A DNA stretch of 64,000 nucleotides, taken from assembly GCA_001938485.1 (NCBI GenBank), contig MQRK01186363.1, positions 9,320-73,319 on the forward strand, read 5' to 3'. Under the pieces are notes generated by a model that made no database searches, had not been told where the DNA came from, and saw only the letters and a list, made by a program, of their open reading frames with translations. Shown here one piece after another: positions 12,759-25,530 of this stretch. Source of the DNA: Girardia tigrina. Taxonomy: Eukaryota. Position numbers and translations under genes: made by a program. Position 1 is the stretch's first letter. Every line of letters starts with the position of its first letter.

Positions 12759-13194
12759 TTATTTAATCTTAGATATTAGAATAAAGCATAGAATGAACGA
12801 AGTCAATTAAATTAAGTTGTATTCATCATTTTTTAAAACATGTATCAATATTGCATCTAGTAAAACAACGATTAAACATAATATTTTTTACAGTTATTAA
12901 TTGATTAATTTTAATCATAAATGTTTTTTTAGAAATAAATTCCATAGAAGCACCATATAATAATTATAAAAGATGGTCAAAATTTCAAATTCAGTAATTA
13001 ACGCTCGATAAAATTTGACAACAATCACCGTTCAAAACAATTTCAACAAAATTATGAAAGTGAAAAAATTGTCGGGCTCAAGATTTGCTTACGTTTTTGA
13101 ACATATGATTTTGATAAATGTACCGTTGGAAAGTTTGGGAGGTGTTTTTCAGTTCGAATGACATGAAGTTGTATTAATAGAGTCCGAATTGAGT

Positions 13195-14799
13195 GATAAT
13201 CACCGTTTTATGTTTGTCTTCTTCATGGATCGGAATTTGGTGGTAGGCTTTCTCCAGATCAATAGTCGAGAATATTTTGCAGTTACTGACGGCACTGAGT
13301 ATATCTGACATGCGTGGTAGTGGGTAGTGGTCGGGCTTTATTCTTTGATTTAATAGTCGGTAGTCACAACACGGCCTGTAAGAGCCATCACTTTTTTTAC
13401 CACTACTAGTTGTTTTACCACTACCTACCTTTTTTTACCACTACTACTACTAGCCCATTCGCTTTTACTCTCTCTGATAATTTTTTTGCAGCAAGTTCTC
13501 AAATTCTCGATGGACTGATTCAAGTATTTTCCCACCAATGCTACGGGCTCGTGGAAAAATTGGCTTTCCTTCAGTTTCGATATAAAATTTTGAACTTACA
13601 TTGTGCAATTGATCACTAGCCATAGTTTTAATTGATCTGCTGAAGCCATGGATAACGTTTTCATCAATTCGAATTTGGTTGTTTTGACAATCAACAATGG
13701 CATGGGCATATGCTAGGAAATCCGATCCTAGGATTGTTCGGTTGACATCTGTAACCACAAACTTCCACTGAAATTGTCGCTCGAGTCCAACTAATTGAAA
13801 AGTTATCGATTTGGTTCCGTAAACATTAATTGGAAAGTTGCTTACTGAAGTTAACTTTTCACTTGAGTTTGAATTGTCAGGTTGAAATTGTTTTGAGGGC
13901 AGAACGCTGACATCAGCACCAGAGTCTATGAGAAAATTAAATAGGCACCTCTGAGTTGTTGCAGGAATTGTTAAATGTTGGAGATTGAGGCCGGTTTTTG
14001 AGTTGATTCGATTCCCTGAGTCGGCTTTACAAGGAACCAGTCCATTTTCCCGAAGTATTGTTGTTCCATTTACAAGGTTGTTGGCATTTAACAGCTTTGG
14101 AACCGAAGTGATTATGATAATATCAGATTTTAGTGTTTGTTGCATCTCTAAAGCTTCTTTGTTTGAGTGCATTGATCTGCTCTCTTAAAATATATATTTC
14201 TGCAATCAATTACGATTCTCGTAATTCTGGCTGGCTTGTAACCGTGTTGATTGTTGAGTTGTGAGATAATTCCATCAGTAGGTCAGCCATTTCGGCTAGG
14301 TCATCAACATCTTTGTCATTTCGGTTGTTAGATGGAGCTGAATGTGAGAGGGTAAGGATCTAATAAAGAGATTACGTATTAGAAGTGAATCGTCATTTGT
14401 TGAACTTGACTGCAGTTCTGAAATGTTTCGTTTGATTTTTTGTTGAATTTCTGTCGGTTGTAAGTCACCGATGTTCTTCTGATCCAACAGTTCTTGTTGA
14501 TGGTATGCCTTTGACTTTTGCTTGAGTTTGATTATTCTTCGTTTTAAATCCAAGTATGGGGTGCTTGATGAAATGATTAGTTGATCTTGGACTAAGAGCA
14601 GGATACTTGGAGTAAGGCTGGCAAGAAGGTGGTAGCATTCAGCTTCTTCTTTGACGATATTCCTAATAGTGAAAATTGCTTCTACCTGTTGGAACCATAT
14701 TTGCGGATTATCAAAATACTGTGAAAATCTGATTGTGGAGTTCATTCTTGGCGAAATATGTCGAATTTCGTCGCTTCTGACACCATTTGAAAACGACAT
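13195..14799 (-). mobile_element. Gypsy fragment, CsRn1-like clade (gag, protease, 5' part of RT)
   Basis: gag NPQIWFQQVEAIF; CHCC motif (C)YYHNHFGSKAVKCQQPC; protease FLIDSGADVSVLP...ILGSDFL; RT KKSDGSYRPCCDYRLLN...FSTIDLEKAYHQIP. Confidence 0.85.
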
Positions 14800-15541
14800 T
14801 TTATAAAATAAGAAAAAAAACCCGCTTGACTTGGAAACTTTTTATTTTTCAAAAAGTGAATATTTAAACAAACTTAAAAATTAATAATTTAATTATTATT
14901 TTTTTGATAAGTAGAAATGTGTTTCTTATATTATCAAAATTTATTTTATATTTATATTATCAAAAGAAAATCAAAAAAATTTGAAAAAAAAGTTGAACCT
15001 TTGACATTTACTTTAAAAAACAATTTTTTGTTTGTTTTTTGTAAAAATTTTGGATTTTAAACAATAATTCGATGAAAGAAAAAAAATGGCATTTTTGCCA
15101 AGTTAAATTAATAATCGTAATATTAATCTTAAATAAATAAATCAAATTTTTGATTAAATCAAAAATTTTAATTTGTAATCGATTGTTTAAATCAATCATC
15201 GAAATAATATTGGTTTTGGCGCGTTTTTGTTATTGTGAATAATTTCTGTTGTGATTAAATTTGTCTCAATTTGTCTTGTGATTTAAAATTTGATTGATCT
15301 CAAACAATTTTTTGTATGGTTTGAAATCGTCGTTGCTGCGAGTGAAAATGTTCGAATTTGTTAGAGAAAATAAATTGAGATTGATAATAAAGATTTGCGG
15401 GAGTTCGAATTTTTTGATATTTTATGAACGAAATCAAAATATCCATCCATAATATATTGATCGCAAATATTAATGTTCTAATTAAACAAAGTAATCCATG
15501 ATTTAGGTTATGAAGTCAAAAAATTGATTGGAAATATCGAA

Positions 15542-15920
15542 ATGGAAAAATCGAAAAAAATCGAGTTAGACAAAAAGACAAAAGATCTCGAGCGTCAATC
15601 TGAAGAGATTTCTACACAAAATAAACTTCAAGAGAGCGACATTATCAAACTCGAATCGATTGTAGATCAAAATTTGAAAAGAAATAATCAAATAAACGGC
15701 GCAGTGTTTCTGTATGATCAACGAATGTCGGTGTTGGATGAAACTTACAATGATTTAAATAGAAAGCAAAATGCTTTTATAGAAAATTATTCCAATAAGA
15801 TTAATTTTTACAAAGCGAAATGTGAATCAATCAAATCGAAAATCGATACTGAAATGGTTAAAATATTCTGTGAAAGATTCGAAAGATTTAACGACAAATC
15901 GAATTCGATAAACGAAAACA
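15542..15920 (+). CDS. Orphan coiled-coil-like ORF or exon, function unknown
   Basis: About 125 open codons from ATG 15542, rich in E/K/Q/N/L heptad-like sequence. The 3' part of the tracked ORF runs into unrelated sequence and a (TA)n tract. Confidence 0.35.
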
Positions 15921-16259
15921 GGTCTGGTGTTATTTTTCATTCACTTCTCAATAAATGGGTCCAGCAATTCTTCCACAGAATTTCCCTGTGCAACCCTGCT
16001 ATCTTCGTCCGATTCTCGGGGCGACCTGAGGATTGGGCGGAATATATATATATATATATATATATAATTTTATAGATATAATTTTTATTTCAAATTAATA
16101 ATTTAAATGTGGAAAGCATTAATCGACATTATAATGTCTAAAGTAAACATAACAAAATAAACAAATTGTTTGCAGTACATTATAATTATTGAGTTATGAT
16201 TTTGTAAAAAATCAAGTTTCTCGTTAATCGATAACCCAGTTTTTCTTATATTTTTTAAA

Positions 16260-16296
<37 letters not shown>

Positions 16297-16759
16297 AGAG
16301 TAAACATTTTGTCTCTTTATAAATTAGTAAGGAATCCAATAAAATAATTTTTCTTCTCCATGATGGATTCAGGCAAACTTTCATTTTATACATATATTAG
16401 AGTATGTTATAATAATTAATATTAATATAATTGAAAGAAAATTTGTCTTCGTGAAAATAATCTTCTGCATGAAGCATAATTCTTTATAAAACATAAGCAA
16501 AGGCGAAAAAGGAGAACACTGTTCTTTAAGAGTTTGAATGTTTTATGCAAAAGTTTAATGTAACGTAAATTCTTAAAATATTTCATATTTGCAATGTTAA
16601 TTTAACAAAAAAATATACTTAAATTGTAACAAACGTAATTATTGTAATGTAAAACAATATCACCAAAATAAAATAAAATAAATTTCTTTATATATATAAT
16701 TTTTAATAAAAAAGATGATTTTAAAGTAAGATTTTAATTATGTTTGTATTAAAAATCAG

Positions 16760-17600
16760 TCATTAATCGCTATTAACTTCCTTCAGCTAAGTGCTAACTC
16801 CAAAAATGTTTTCATGATGATAGTGAGAACCTTCTTACTAAATCAGTCATCAAACAACTTAGGATGTCACTAATCTTTTAAATTAATCATAAGTATATTA
16901 CATAAATAAATCAGTCTCATGGTACCTGATCATTCGTTTCATGCCATAAATAAAATTAAAATCTCGGTCTTTAATACCCGAAATTGTGACAGAAGAATGC
17001 TCTGAAGCAGTAGTAACAAGCAGTCTTTTTGTATTCTCTTAATTTTGCTGAATAAATTGAACCAAGAATAAAAAAATGATATGCATAATAATTCTTTGAT
17101 CCCACAACACAGACAAAATCAAACAATTGTAATCCAAGAGTCCGGATTAGAATTTGAAGTAGGTTTTCGATCAATCTTTAAATCATGTTAGTAGAGAATA
17201 AGAAGATATTCATTCTGAACAAGAACGTTTTAAATCAATAATCATCATAACAGTCAAAAACTAACAAGTTTGCAATCGTACATCGTACCCTCTGCTTCTT
17301 TATATTTGTATAAGAAATTTTGACATAATTTGAGAGAACAACTTGCAATAACTCAATTTTTAAGTGATGTTGTAGCGTGAGCCAAAGCTGAAATTATAAT
17401 ACGTTTGTGCTATAAAAGATTTACTCTTATTTTGAAGTGTTGTCCTTGGGAATTGAAACTGACCGACAACCATATTAAAGTCTTGATGCACAATCGCCTT
17501 CCTTACTTTAATTCTTAGATCCATTTTACATTGTTAATAGATAATCAAATAAGCGAATGACATACTAAACAATCTTTTCTCGCTGTTCTTATTCAGAAAA
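16760..17600 (-). mobile_element. Possible heavily decayed hAT transposase remnant
   Basis: LLVTTASEHSS resembles the hAT dimerisation motif P.TTASAERSFS. Otherwise only coding-like composition. Confidence 0.3.
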
Positions 17601-17829
17601 AAATAAAATTTTATATTACTTCGGTGTTCTACCTGACAAACAAGACGAAACATCCGCTATATGAAATATAAATAGTGCAAAAAAACAACTGCTTAATATG
17701 GTGTCGATAATACCATAAAATCTTTGAACTAGTATATATATATGTAAGTTAAAATTGCTAAGAAACATGAGTATTTATTAATTCAATGCATTGCTAAATA
17801 GATCAAAATATCTTCTATTTTTTAGGTAA

Positions 17830-18240
17830 TGAATAGCTTTACACCAATTTCAATTGAGAAACGGGTCCAGGTGCTTATCTTGTAAGAAGAAGGACATACT
17901 CATAACGCTAATGATGAACTTTCGAACATTCATTTCAAGTCTGTGTCTCATATTTTCAAAGGATATGCTGAAGCGGGTTCTATCCACGATCAATATCGTT
18001 CTGACCGTCCTAGGAAATCGACTCGAATGGATAACAAACTCATCAGATGTCTAAAATGAGGACGCTACTTCAAAACTGTTGCTCTTCTGATGAATTTTTC
18101 ATCCATTCCAGGCAATTTCCAAAGACGGCAAGAACGATGTCGATCATGAACAAAACCCATTTCAGCATATCTCTTGTGAACACAGACTTGAAATGAATGT
18201 CCAAACGTTCAGCAATAGCCTTATGAGTATGCCCTTATAT
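17830..18240. mobile_element. Tc1-like transposase 5' fragments in inverted (foldback) arrangement
   Basis: Plus frame IEKRVQVLIL*EEGHTH...SVSHIFKGYAEAGSIHDQYRSDRPRKST (HTH plus GRPR-like motif). A diverged reverse-complement copy lies at about 18086-18235. Confidence 0.75.
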
Positions 18241-19358
18241 ATGAACTCCTTCGTGTCTATTTCGAGGCTTTTTTTCAAAGCACCACCCATATCATTAATA
18301 ATAATATATATTATCATTTTTCAATAAACTTAATTTTCAAAAATAATATCAAACCGAAACTTTTTAAAAATATTATATTCTTATTAAATTAACTGTACAT
18401 AATAAAATGTCCATTAGTGTTTTCTGATATGAATATATTCAGAGTCAGACTAAAGAAAAAAATCTAAATTTTTTTTATTTCAATAAAAGTAATGCCAAAA
18501 ATATAATTTAAGGAAAAACGTTATAAATAAATACAATTTTTAATCTGGTAAAAAGGAAAAGTAAAATAGAAAAAAGCTTTTAATTTACGAAAAAAAACAG
18601 TGTTATAAAAACGATTTTGTGTCTTAAAATCATCCTTCCTTTCTAGAAAATTAGAAAAATAAATCTTTTTTTAATAGATTAATTTATTTAATTTTCATAT
18701 TTATATAAAACAAAAACTGGTTTTATAATAATATTTCTTTTTAAGAAGAAATGAATTTAAAATTGTAATTAAACTTCTGAAAATAAATCATTAAAAAATT
18801 AAAAAAAACAATATTAAAATAGTAAAAAAATTTATTTGTTTAATAACTGCCGGCTTTGTTAATAATAAAAACCAATTCCATAATATAATGATCCCATAAT
18901 TGAAGTTGATCTTGAAAATATTCGTTTCCTGATTGAATCATGCAAAATGAATAAAAACTCTCATAAAAAGGTTATCATTAAAATCAAAATTTATTCATAA
19001 ACCACATAAAAAAGCGGTATTAAAACTATTGAAATTTTATTAAAATTTTTTACATTCATAAAATATTCCATTTTTCCATTTGTTTCACGTTGAATTTAGT
19101 GGACAAACTATTGAATATAATGTTATAAAAATAAAAATAAATCATTTTTTAAAAAGTCAAGAAAAGATTTCAATGTTGTAAATACTTATAATTTAATTGT
19201 CATTTTTTTACTTTACATTTATACAAGATGAAAATGAATACAATTTTGTTAAAGCTTTTTTAACACATTGACTGCTGTTGACATCATGCACCGAACGTCT
19301 GCTACGCGCGCTACGCGTAAAAAATATGATCGAACATTGTTGCCTTTTTAGCATTTAA

Positions 19359-19494
19359 CACATTGAATGCTGAGTACGAGATATCTCGTACTTAGCGTCT
19401 TAGTAATGTAAGCCAAAGTACGAGATATCTCGTACTTAGCGTCTAACTAATGAATATTGAAGTACGAGATATCTCGTACTCAGCATTCAATGTG
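19359..19494. mobile_element. piggyBac-type MITE (136 bp)
   Basis: TTAA on both sides, perfect 34-bp TIR CACATTGAATGCTGAGTACGAGATATCTCGTACT, and three copies of a 20-bp palindrome. A related end TTAACACATTGACTGCTG starts at 19260. Confidence 0.85.
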
Positions 19495-20988
19495 TTAAGG
19501 AATCGGTTATTAAACATGTTGCGACGTTTCATACTCAATCATTAGTAATTTGTAAAATCTATATATATATATATATATATTGATTAAATATTTTTTTGGT
19601 TTTTAATAGATTTTAAAATTTATATTTTATTTTTCAAGATATCCTTGAATATTAATGAAGTAAAAAATTTATTATTTAATTAAAGATTTTAAAATTAAAA
19701 ATTTTTGAATATTAATTAATGGGTTGTAGTGTCTGATCAATCATGATGAGTAGAAATGTCTCTCGTAATTTGAATGAAAGCCCTTCTGTAAAACATAAAA
19801 TCGTCCTTTGAAATAGAAGAGATTTTACAAAAAGGAAGTTTTTTAAACATATTTTTTATTTGTGAAAGAATGGGTAAATGGACTAGGGATTAACTATTTC
19901 ATAAAATAAGATGCATGGTAGGCCCAGTTTTAGCGTGAATAGTTAAGGAAATGAGTTTGAATCTTTTGAATACATCTATACTCTGTGTGTGAAAAAAGAA
20001 AAAAGACATTTTAGTCATTTTGGATTTTCGTCCGCTATATACGATTACTGAGAGACTTACATTCCAAATACCAAATATAGGCAAAATGCTGGATTCATCT
20101 ATAGAGTTACAGACCATTTAATTTTATGATAATATATTCATTTTAGGCGCTCTGTAATACATTTGGCGTGGTGAAAATATCCTTCATAACCACTAACGAG
20201 GTTAAAGACTTCCGCAGACGTTCTTTGTTGTTAAGTAATAATTTTTTAATTCTTCTTTGTTCAATTCTTATTTCTTTAATATAAGTTTTGATTACAGTTT
20301 TATAGTGTCTTATTTCTTTTTTAAGTAATTCAATAATTATTATGGCAAACATACTTAATTTACGAACTTCTTCAATACTTAATCTATTAATTAGTGATCT
20401 TATATCATAATTTAGGTTTCTGAAGCCATATTTATCTACACATTAAATTATGAAAATATAAAGATAATATACACCTTGAAGAAAACATTATTTAGTGTTT
20501 CTAGTTGTTATAAAATCCATGGCAGATTTGATTCAAAATCGGACCATAAGGTGAAATTATTTTGAAACTGAATTATTTGCTCTAGTTCCAAAATTGGATA
20601 ATAATGACAATCTTGTCTACTTAAAAAGCGCTCAATTGTTGTCCATACTAAGATTTCACATCTACCCAAGAATATCGACGATAATGAAGTGACTAAATCT
20701 ATATTGGTCATGATTTCTTAGAAAATTTTATTGAATAAAATCACTCTCTTATTGAACATCAAACGAAATGTTTTTACTGTTCCATGATCGGTTGACGATG
20801 AGTAGTGATCTTGAGAAGCAAGAGTAGTAATAATAGTCATACTTGGATCTCCCACATCGATTATTGTATCTGCCGGTTACATATAAGAATTAAAGAGCTG
20901 AAGTCGCCAGTTGTCGTTGTATGTCAAAAATAACATAAGCCAATCTATTTTTAATTCCTTTTATTAGCTCACTTTCTATACATATATA

Positions 20989-21045
<57 letters not shown>

Positions 21046-22898
21046 ATCCATGCAATTTAGAAACCTATTTTTGAAGGCCTTCTACTCGATCTATTTTTTC
21101 GAACTTTGCACACTTACTCATTCTCGATGACAATAAATGAATATGTAAAATTTTGATCGAAAAAAACTTTTTAAGATCCCAAAATGAGAGAAAAACGGAA
21201 AATTCAGAGTTCCCGGACAATATTAATTGCAAGATATCTATTTATAAATTATAAGTAGTTTATATTGATTTTTAATGTTTTTTGTTTAATTTAAAATTTT
21301 TTAAATCTTAAATTTTTTAAATTTTAAAAATTTGTTGGCAAAGTAGAGTTCGATCTGCATAAAGAATGGATAAAGAAATTTTAATTTTTTGATTTACTAG
21401 TTAAAGATTCAAATTATCCATTTTGTTTCATTTAAGATCGAATAAATAAAATTTATTGAGATTTCGAGTTAATGTGGAGTCCATAGACAACTATTATATA
21501 TTGCTTTTGTGTTAGCAGACTGAAATTGGTAGAACAAGACCATCCCCTATTGGCAAGGATTATTCCTCCAACAATCCTATACACTTGCTAATCTGGTTAA
21601 CAATCATTACTCTAAATATTTTATGTCCAAGAACCCTAAATACTTTAATTTAATATTTATTTATCATCTAGAAAGAATAAATATTTTGTATGTTCTAAAT
21701 AATAGCTTTAAGAATCACAATCAGCCATTCGGATAGGAGAGGCTATAGTGACCCAGTCAATTATTATATATAAAATTATATATAGTAAATTGTATATAAA
21801 ATTATATTATTACAACATTGTTACGACATAGTTACAACAGAAGATCGTTCATTTGAAACTTTTGAACAATAAACACTAATCGATATCGAGATTTATCCAT
21901 GCCGTTCTCTCTCTCTCGTATGTGATTTTTTGTTATATAAGTTTATTTATATTGGGTAAAAATAAAAGTTCTATACATATTTATCTTTATTTTTTTATTA
22001 CGTTAAAGGAGTTCACTGAAACACGTGTTCAGTTAGCTCCTTTACAGTGGCATAACTCTGAAATGAACACAATATTTGCAAATGATCCTTCCATTATTTC
22101 AACTTTAGGATTTCTACATGATGGACAATCAACGATCTTGAACTTTTAATTCTAAAAAATGTAAAACTTTAATTACACCTCTTTCTCATGAATCCTAATT
22201 AGATTACTCTTGATCTCCCATCCGACCTAGGTGTTAAACTCCCATACATACAAAATCCGCATCAAACTAAAATGTGGTATTAATGAAAATAATATCTATT
22301 TAACAAATTTTATCTCTTATTTCAAAAAGTTTGAAATTTTTTATGAAGAAGTATTTCTGAAAATTAATAAAATATTCGATTTTAGCAAAATATGTTGTAT
22401 ATCCGTAATGTGACGCACTGCAATACATGTTTCCATATATGTAATCAACTTTTGGAATCAAGTAAAACTAATTGTGTATTATTAAATTTATTAAATCTAA
22501 TTTATAATTGCTGATTTTATCAAATTTTAAGTGTATCCTTCCTTTTCAAAGAGTAAGCGGTAGACAATCTAAATGAACTGAGTAAACAAAACATGCAAAA
22601 CAAAATCTTCATGAGACTTGAATAAAAATAATTGCACGAAATTTAAGTGAAATAAGAAGAATATTTTTTTGTTAAGAATCATTTTAAAATTATCATTTTA
22701 AAAAACTATTCTAATTTACAACTCATAAAACCTTAAAAACTTTTTACCTTAAATATTTAGTTTAAAATATAATCTGCAAAACTATTGTCTGGAATAAAAA
22801 ACGGTATTTACATGTTTGTTCATGAATAATTAGCTCAATTTTAAATGTAAAATAAAGATTAATAGAAAGACTATCAGAAAATTCAATAAAGCATACGC

Positions 22899-23385
22899 AT
22901 CACTGGCCTGAGAAATTTTGTCGCCCCAGGCGAAAGACTGGAACGGTACCCTTTTAAAATATTGAAGACAAAATAAGACTAATGTTCACAGATAAAGTGT
23001 AATATTTTTTGAAATAATAAGAGCGCGACGAATTGTCCGGTCACCATTATTTACATAAGGCAAGGTATTATATTTTATAAAATTTTATCTATAACAGTGA
23101 AATATGAAAACTTAAAAAATACTAAATAAACCATGAAATTACTTAAAATTTATTTTTCTACCTTTGATTTTAACAAAAATGTGAATTATCTCCTTTAAAT
23201 GAATTGTTTCAGCTACTTTTTGTTCCAAAGATAAAGTCAACAACCACACAAGTCTTGCTTGAGACATTGTAGAGAGCAGGTTCGTTTTAACTTGTATTCA
23301 TTATAAAAGCTGCGCTCATCACTGGCCACAGACACAGAAAGAGTAAGCAAAACCTTTATTGCAGTTACTAAATAAGGTACGTTAT
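22899..23385 (-). mobile_element. hAT transposon 3' fragment (dimerisation domain and GC-rich subterminal region)
   Basis: PYLVTAIKVLLTLSVSVASDERSF...MSQARL...LSLEQKVAETIHLKEIIHIF. GCCCCAGGCG subterminal motif. Confidence 0.75.
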
Positions 23386-23975
23386 CTAATAGCCCATTTT
23401 GGGAGGTTGTTAATCGGCGCGATGAAACCTCGAGAACACATTGTTAAGAAAATTAATCTACCGTTAATGTGTGCCGTTTTGACATAGGTATCATTTACAA
23501 TAAGGGTTGCCGCCTGACCCAATGTTATCATCATAATCGTAAACCAAGAATTCGATTTCATCGAATGCGATCGACTCAGCGCCACTCAATCGTCTTTTAT
23601 TAATAATTCTTGTCTGAATTGGAGCATATATATTGAGATTTGACAAGCACGGTAGAGATGTATCTTTCATGGACAAAATCTCAATCAACATAAACACAAC
23701 TCAACATAAACTATGTCGGATCAAATTGTAAATAAATAATTTATCACAACCTTTTCGACACTCTTTTACGAAATTAATTTCCACAATTGGCGATCCGCCT
23801 GTGTTGACGACAGATCAGTACAGATATCGGGTTTCGTCAATTTAAATCGTTCTATGATCGATTTTCAGTTATAATTATCGATTAGTTCATTTAATTTGTT
23901 CCTGGTACTACGTGTAACTGAGAGTTTACTTATCGATTGACCCCCAAAAGATGGTTTATATGTGATTCTATTAAC

Positions 23976-24565
23976 TGGATATATAAATATAGATGGATAT
24001 ATAAATATGGACCGCCTAAAGAAATCCATGTGGATAGAGGCAAAACACTTGAATTAGAACTATTTAAAGAAACACTGAAGAAGTTTAAGATAGAAGTATT
24101 TTATTAAAGCCCATATCACCACAATACAAATGGAATTATAGAACGACAATTTAGAACAATTAGAGATGCTCTTAATATCAGAATAAAGGATGGAACGCAT
24201 AAAGATTGGACGGAAGTATTGTCAGAAATAGAATTTATGATGAATAGTACCATTCAAGCTACGACAGGTATCTCACCAGCAGAAATAATATATGGAAAGA
24301 AATTAAGACATTGGTGGAAAAATAAAGAAGATAAAGGAAACCAAATGGGAAAAGAAGGAAAAGCTCCATAAACGAGAAGAATTTTCAAAGTTGGAGACCA
24401 GGTATTGATAAAGAGAGAAAATGCATCAAAAGAAGACGACCGATATATTGTCCCTGCAATGATAATAAGACGGAGACATGAAAGAAGTTATGAATTGCAA
24501 CTCGACAATGGTAAAATATTAATAAGAAATGTAGAATGGCTAAAGCCATTTAAATTGTGGGGGGA
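23976..24565 (+). pseudogene. Gypsy integrase 3' half, same family as 2784-3560
   Basis: YGPPKEIHVDRGK...SPYHHNTNGIIERQFRTIRDA...RHWWKNK...IRNVEWLKPFK, ending in the PPT GGGGGGA at 24559-24565. Confidence 0.93.
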
Positions 24566-25530
24566 TGTGAGGGATAATTTGGAATATTGTAAGTTTGTTG
24601 TTTGTATGCTGTTTAGATTTGTGACTCTCCTACTCAGGTGGAATTGATATGTTAATTGATTGATTATTCGAATCTAATGAAATTAATTTAATGATATTAA
24701 TTTTAAGTACTAATTAATTAAAGTTTAATAATTATGAATTTTAATAATATTTTCAGTAAATGATTTTAACTTATTAAATGTAATATATTTTAAAAATTAA
24801 TGTTTATTTAAAAAATTACGTAATGACTTTTATCAATAAAAATTATGAGAAATTAAAATTTATTATTAAACTTTCCAATTCATTGTTTTTTTCGATTTAA
24901 ATATATTAACAAAAAACTATATCAATCAAAGAAAGATGACCAATGAAAATTATTGTGAAGAAACTGTTTGTGTTGTCAATAAATGTTTGCATTCAAATTG
25001 TGATGTTAATATTGAAAATTGTTCACTTGGAATTTATGACTCATCGAAACAATAATTCATTTCACCATTAATCAAGGCCAGTTCGAATGTGTATCAAATT
25101 TTATAGTCGAGTGACTGAATTCAAATGGCTCATTCTGATTGGTTAACCTTGAGTCAAACAGTTGAAGTTTCAAATAATTTTTTTTGAAAGTTTTGTGAAA
25201 TTGTCGAATTGAAATTTATTTTCGAATATTAATTTGAAATTTAAATCGATTGAGATATTTACAAACGTTAATTTGGAAATTTATTTACGAACTTAAACTA
25301 TCTGAAATTTTTTTCGTACGTTGAAACTATTTGAAATTTTTGTCGAATGATGAAACAATTGAAACTTTGTGGAACTTTTGATTTATTGTTCGAATTGTTT
25401 TTTTAATTTTATTCACAAAAAATTGGAGATAACGAACATGAAGTGCCAGAGTCGCTAAGAACCCACTGAGATTCTACCACTACCACCGTCTGGTCTTCGG
25501 AGCAACCTGGAGATCGGGTGGAACATTAAT
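24566..25530 (+). repeat. 3' LTR (right end undefined) with Cys-motif ORF at 24936-25055
   Basis: TGTGAGG directly after the PPT; CTCTCCTAC motif; ORF MTNENYCEETVCVVNKCLHSNCDVNIENCSLGIYDSSKQ. Confidence 0.75.

Noticed and set aside
19373-19480. CRISPR-like array (palindromic 20-bp repeats with 24-bp spacers)
   Set aside because: Only three repeats, the spacers resemble each other, the unit is bounded by TIRs and TTAA, the context is eukaryotic, and there are no cas genes. It is a MITE.
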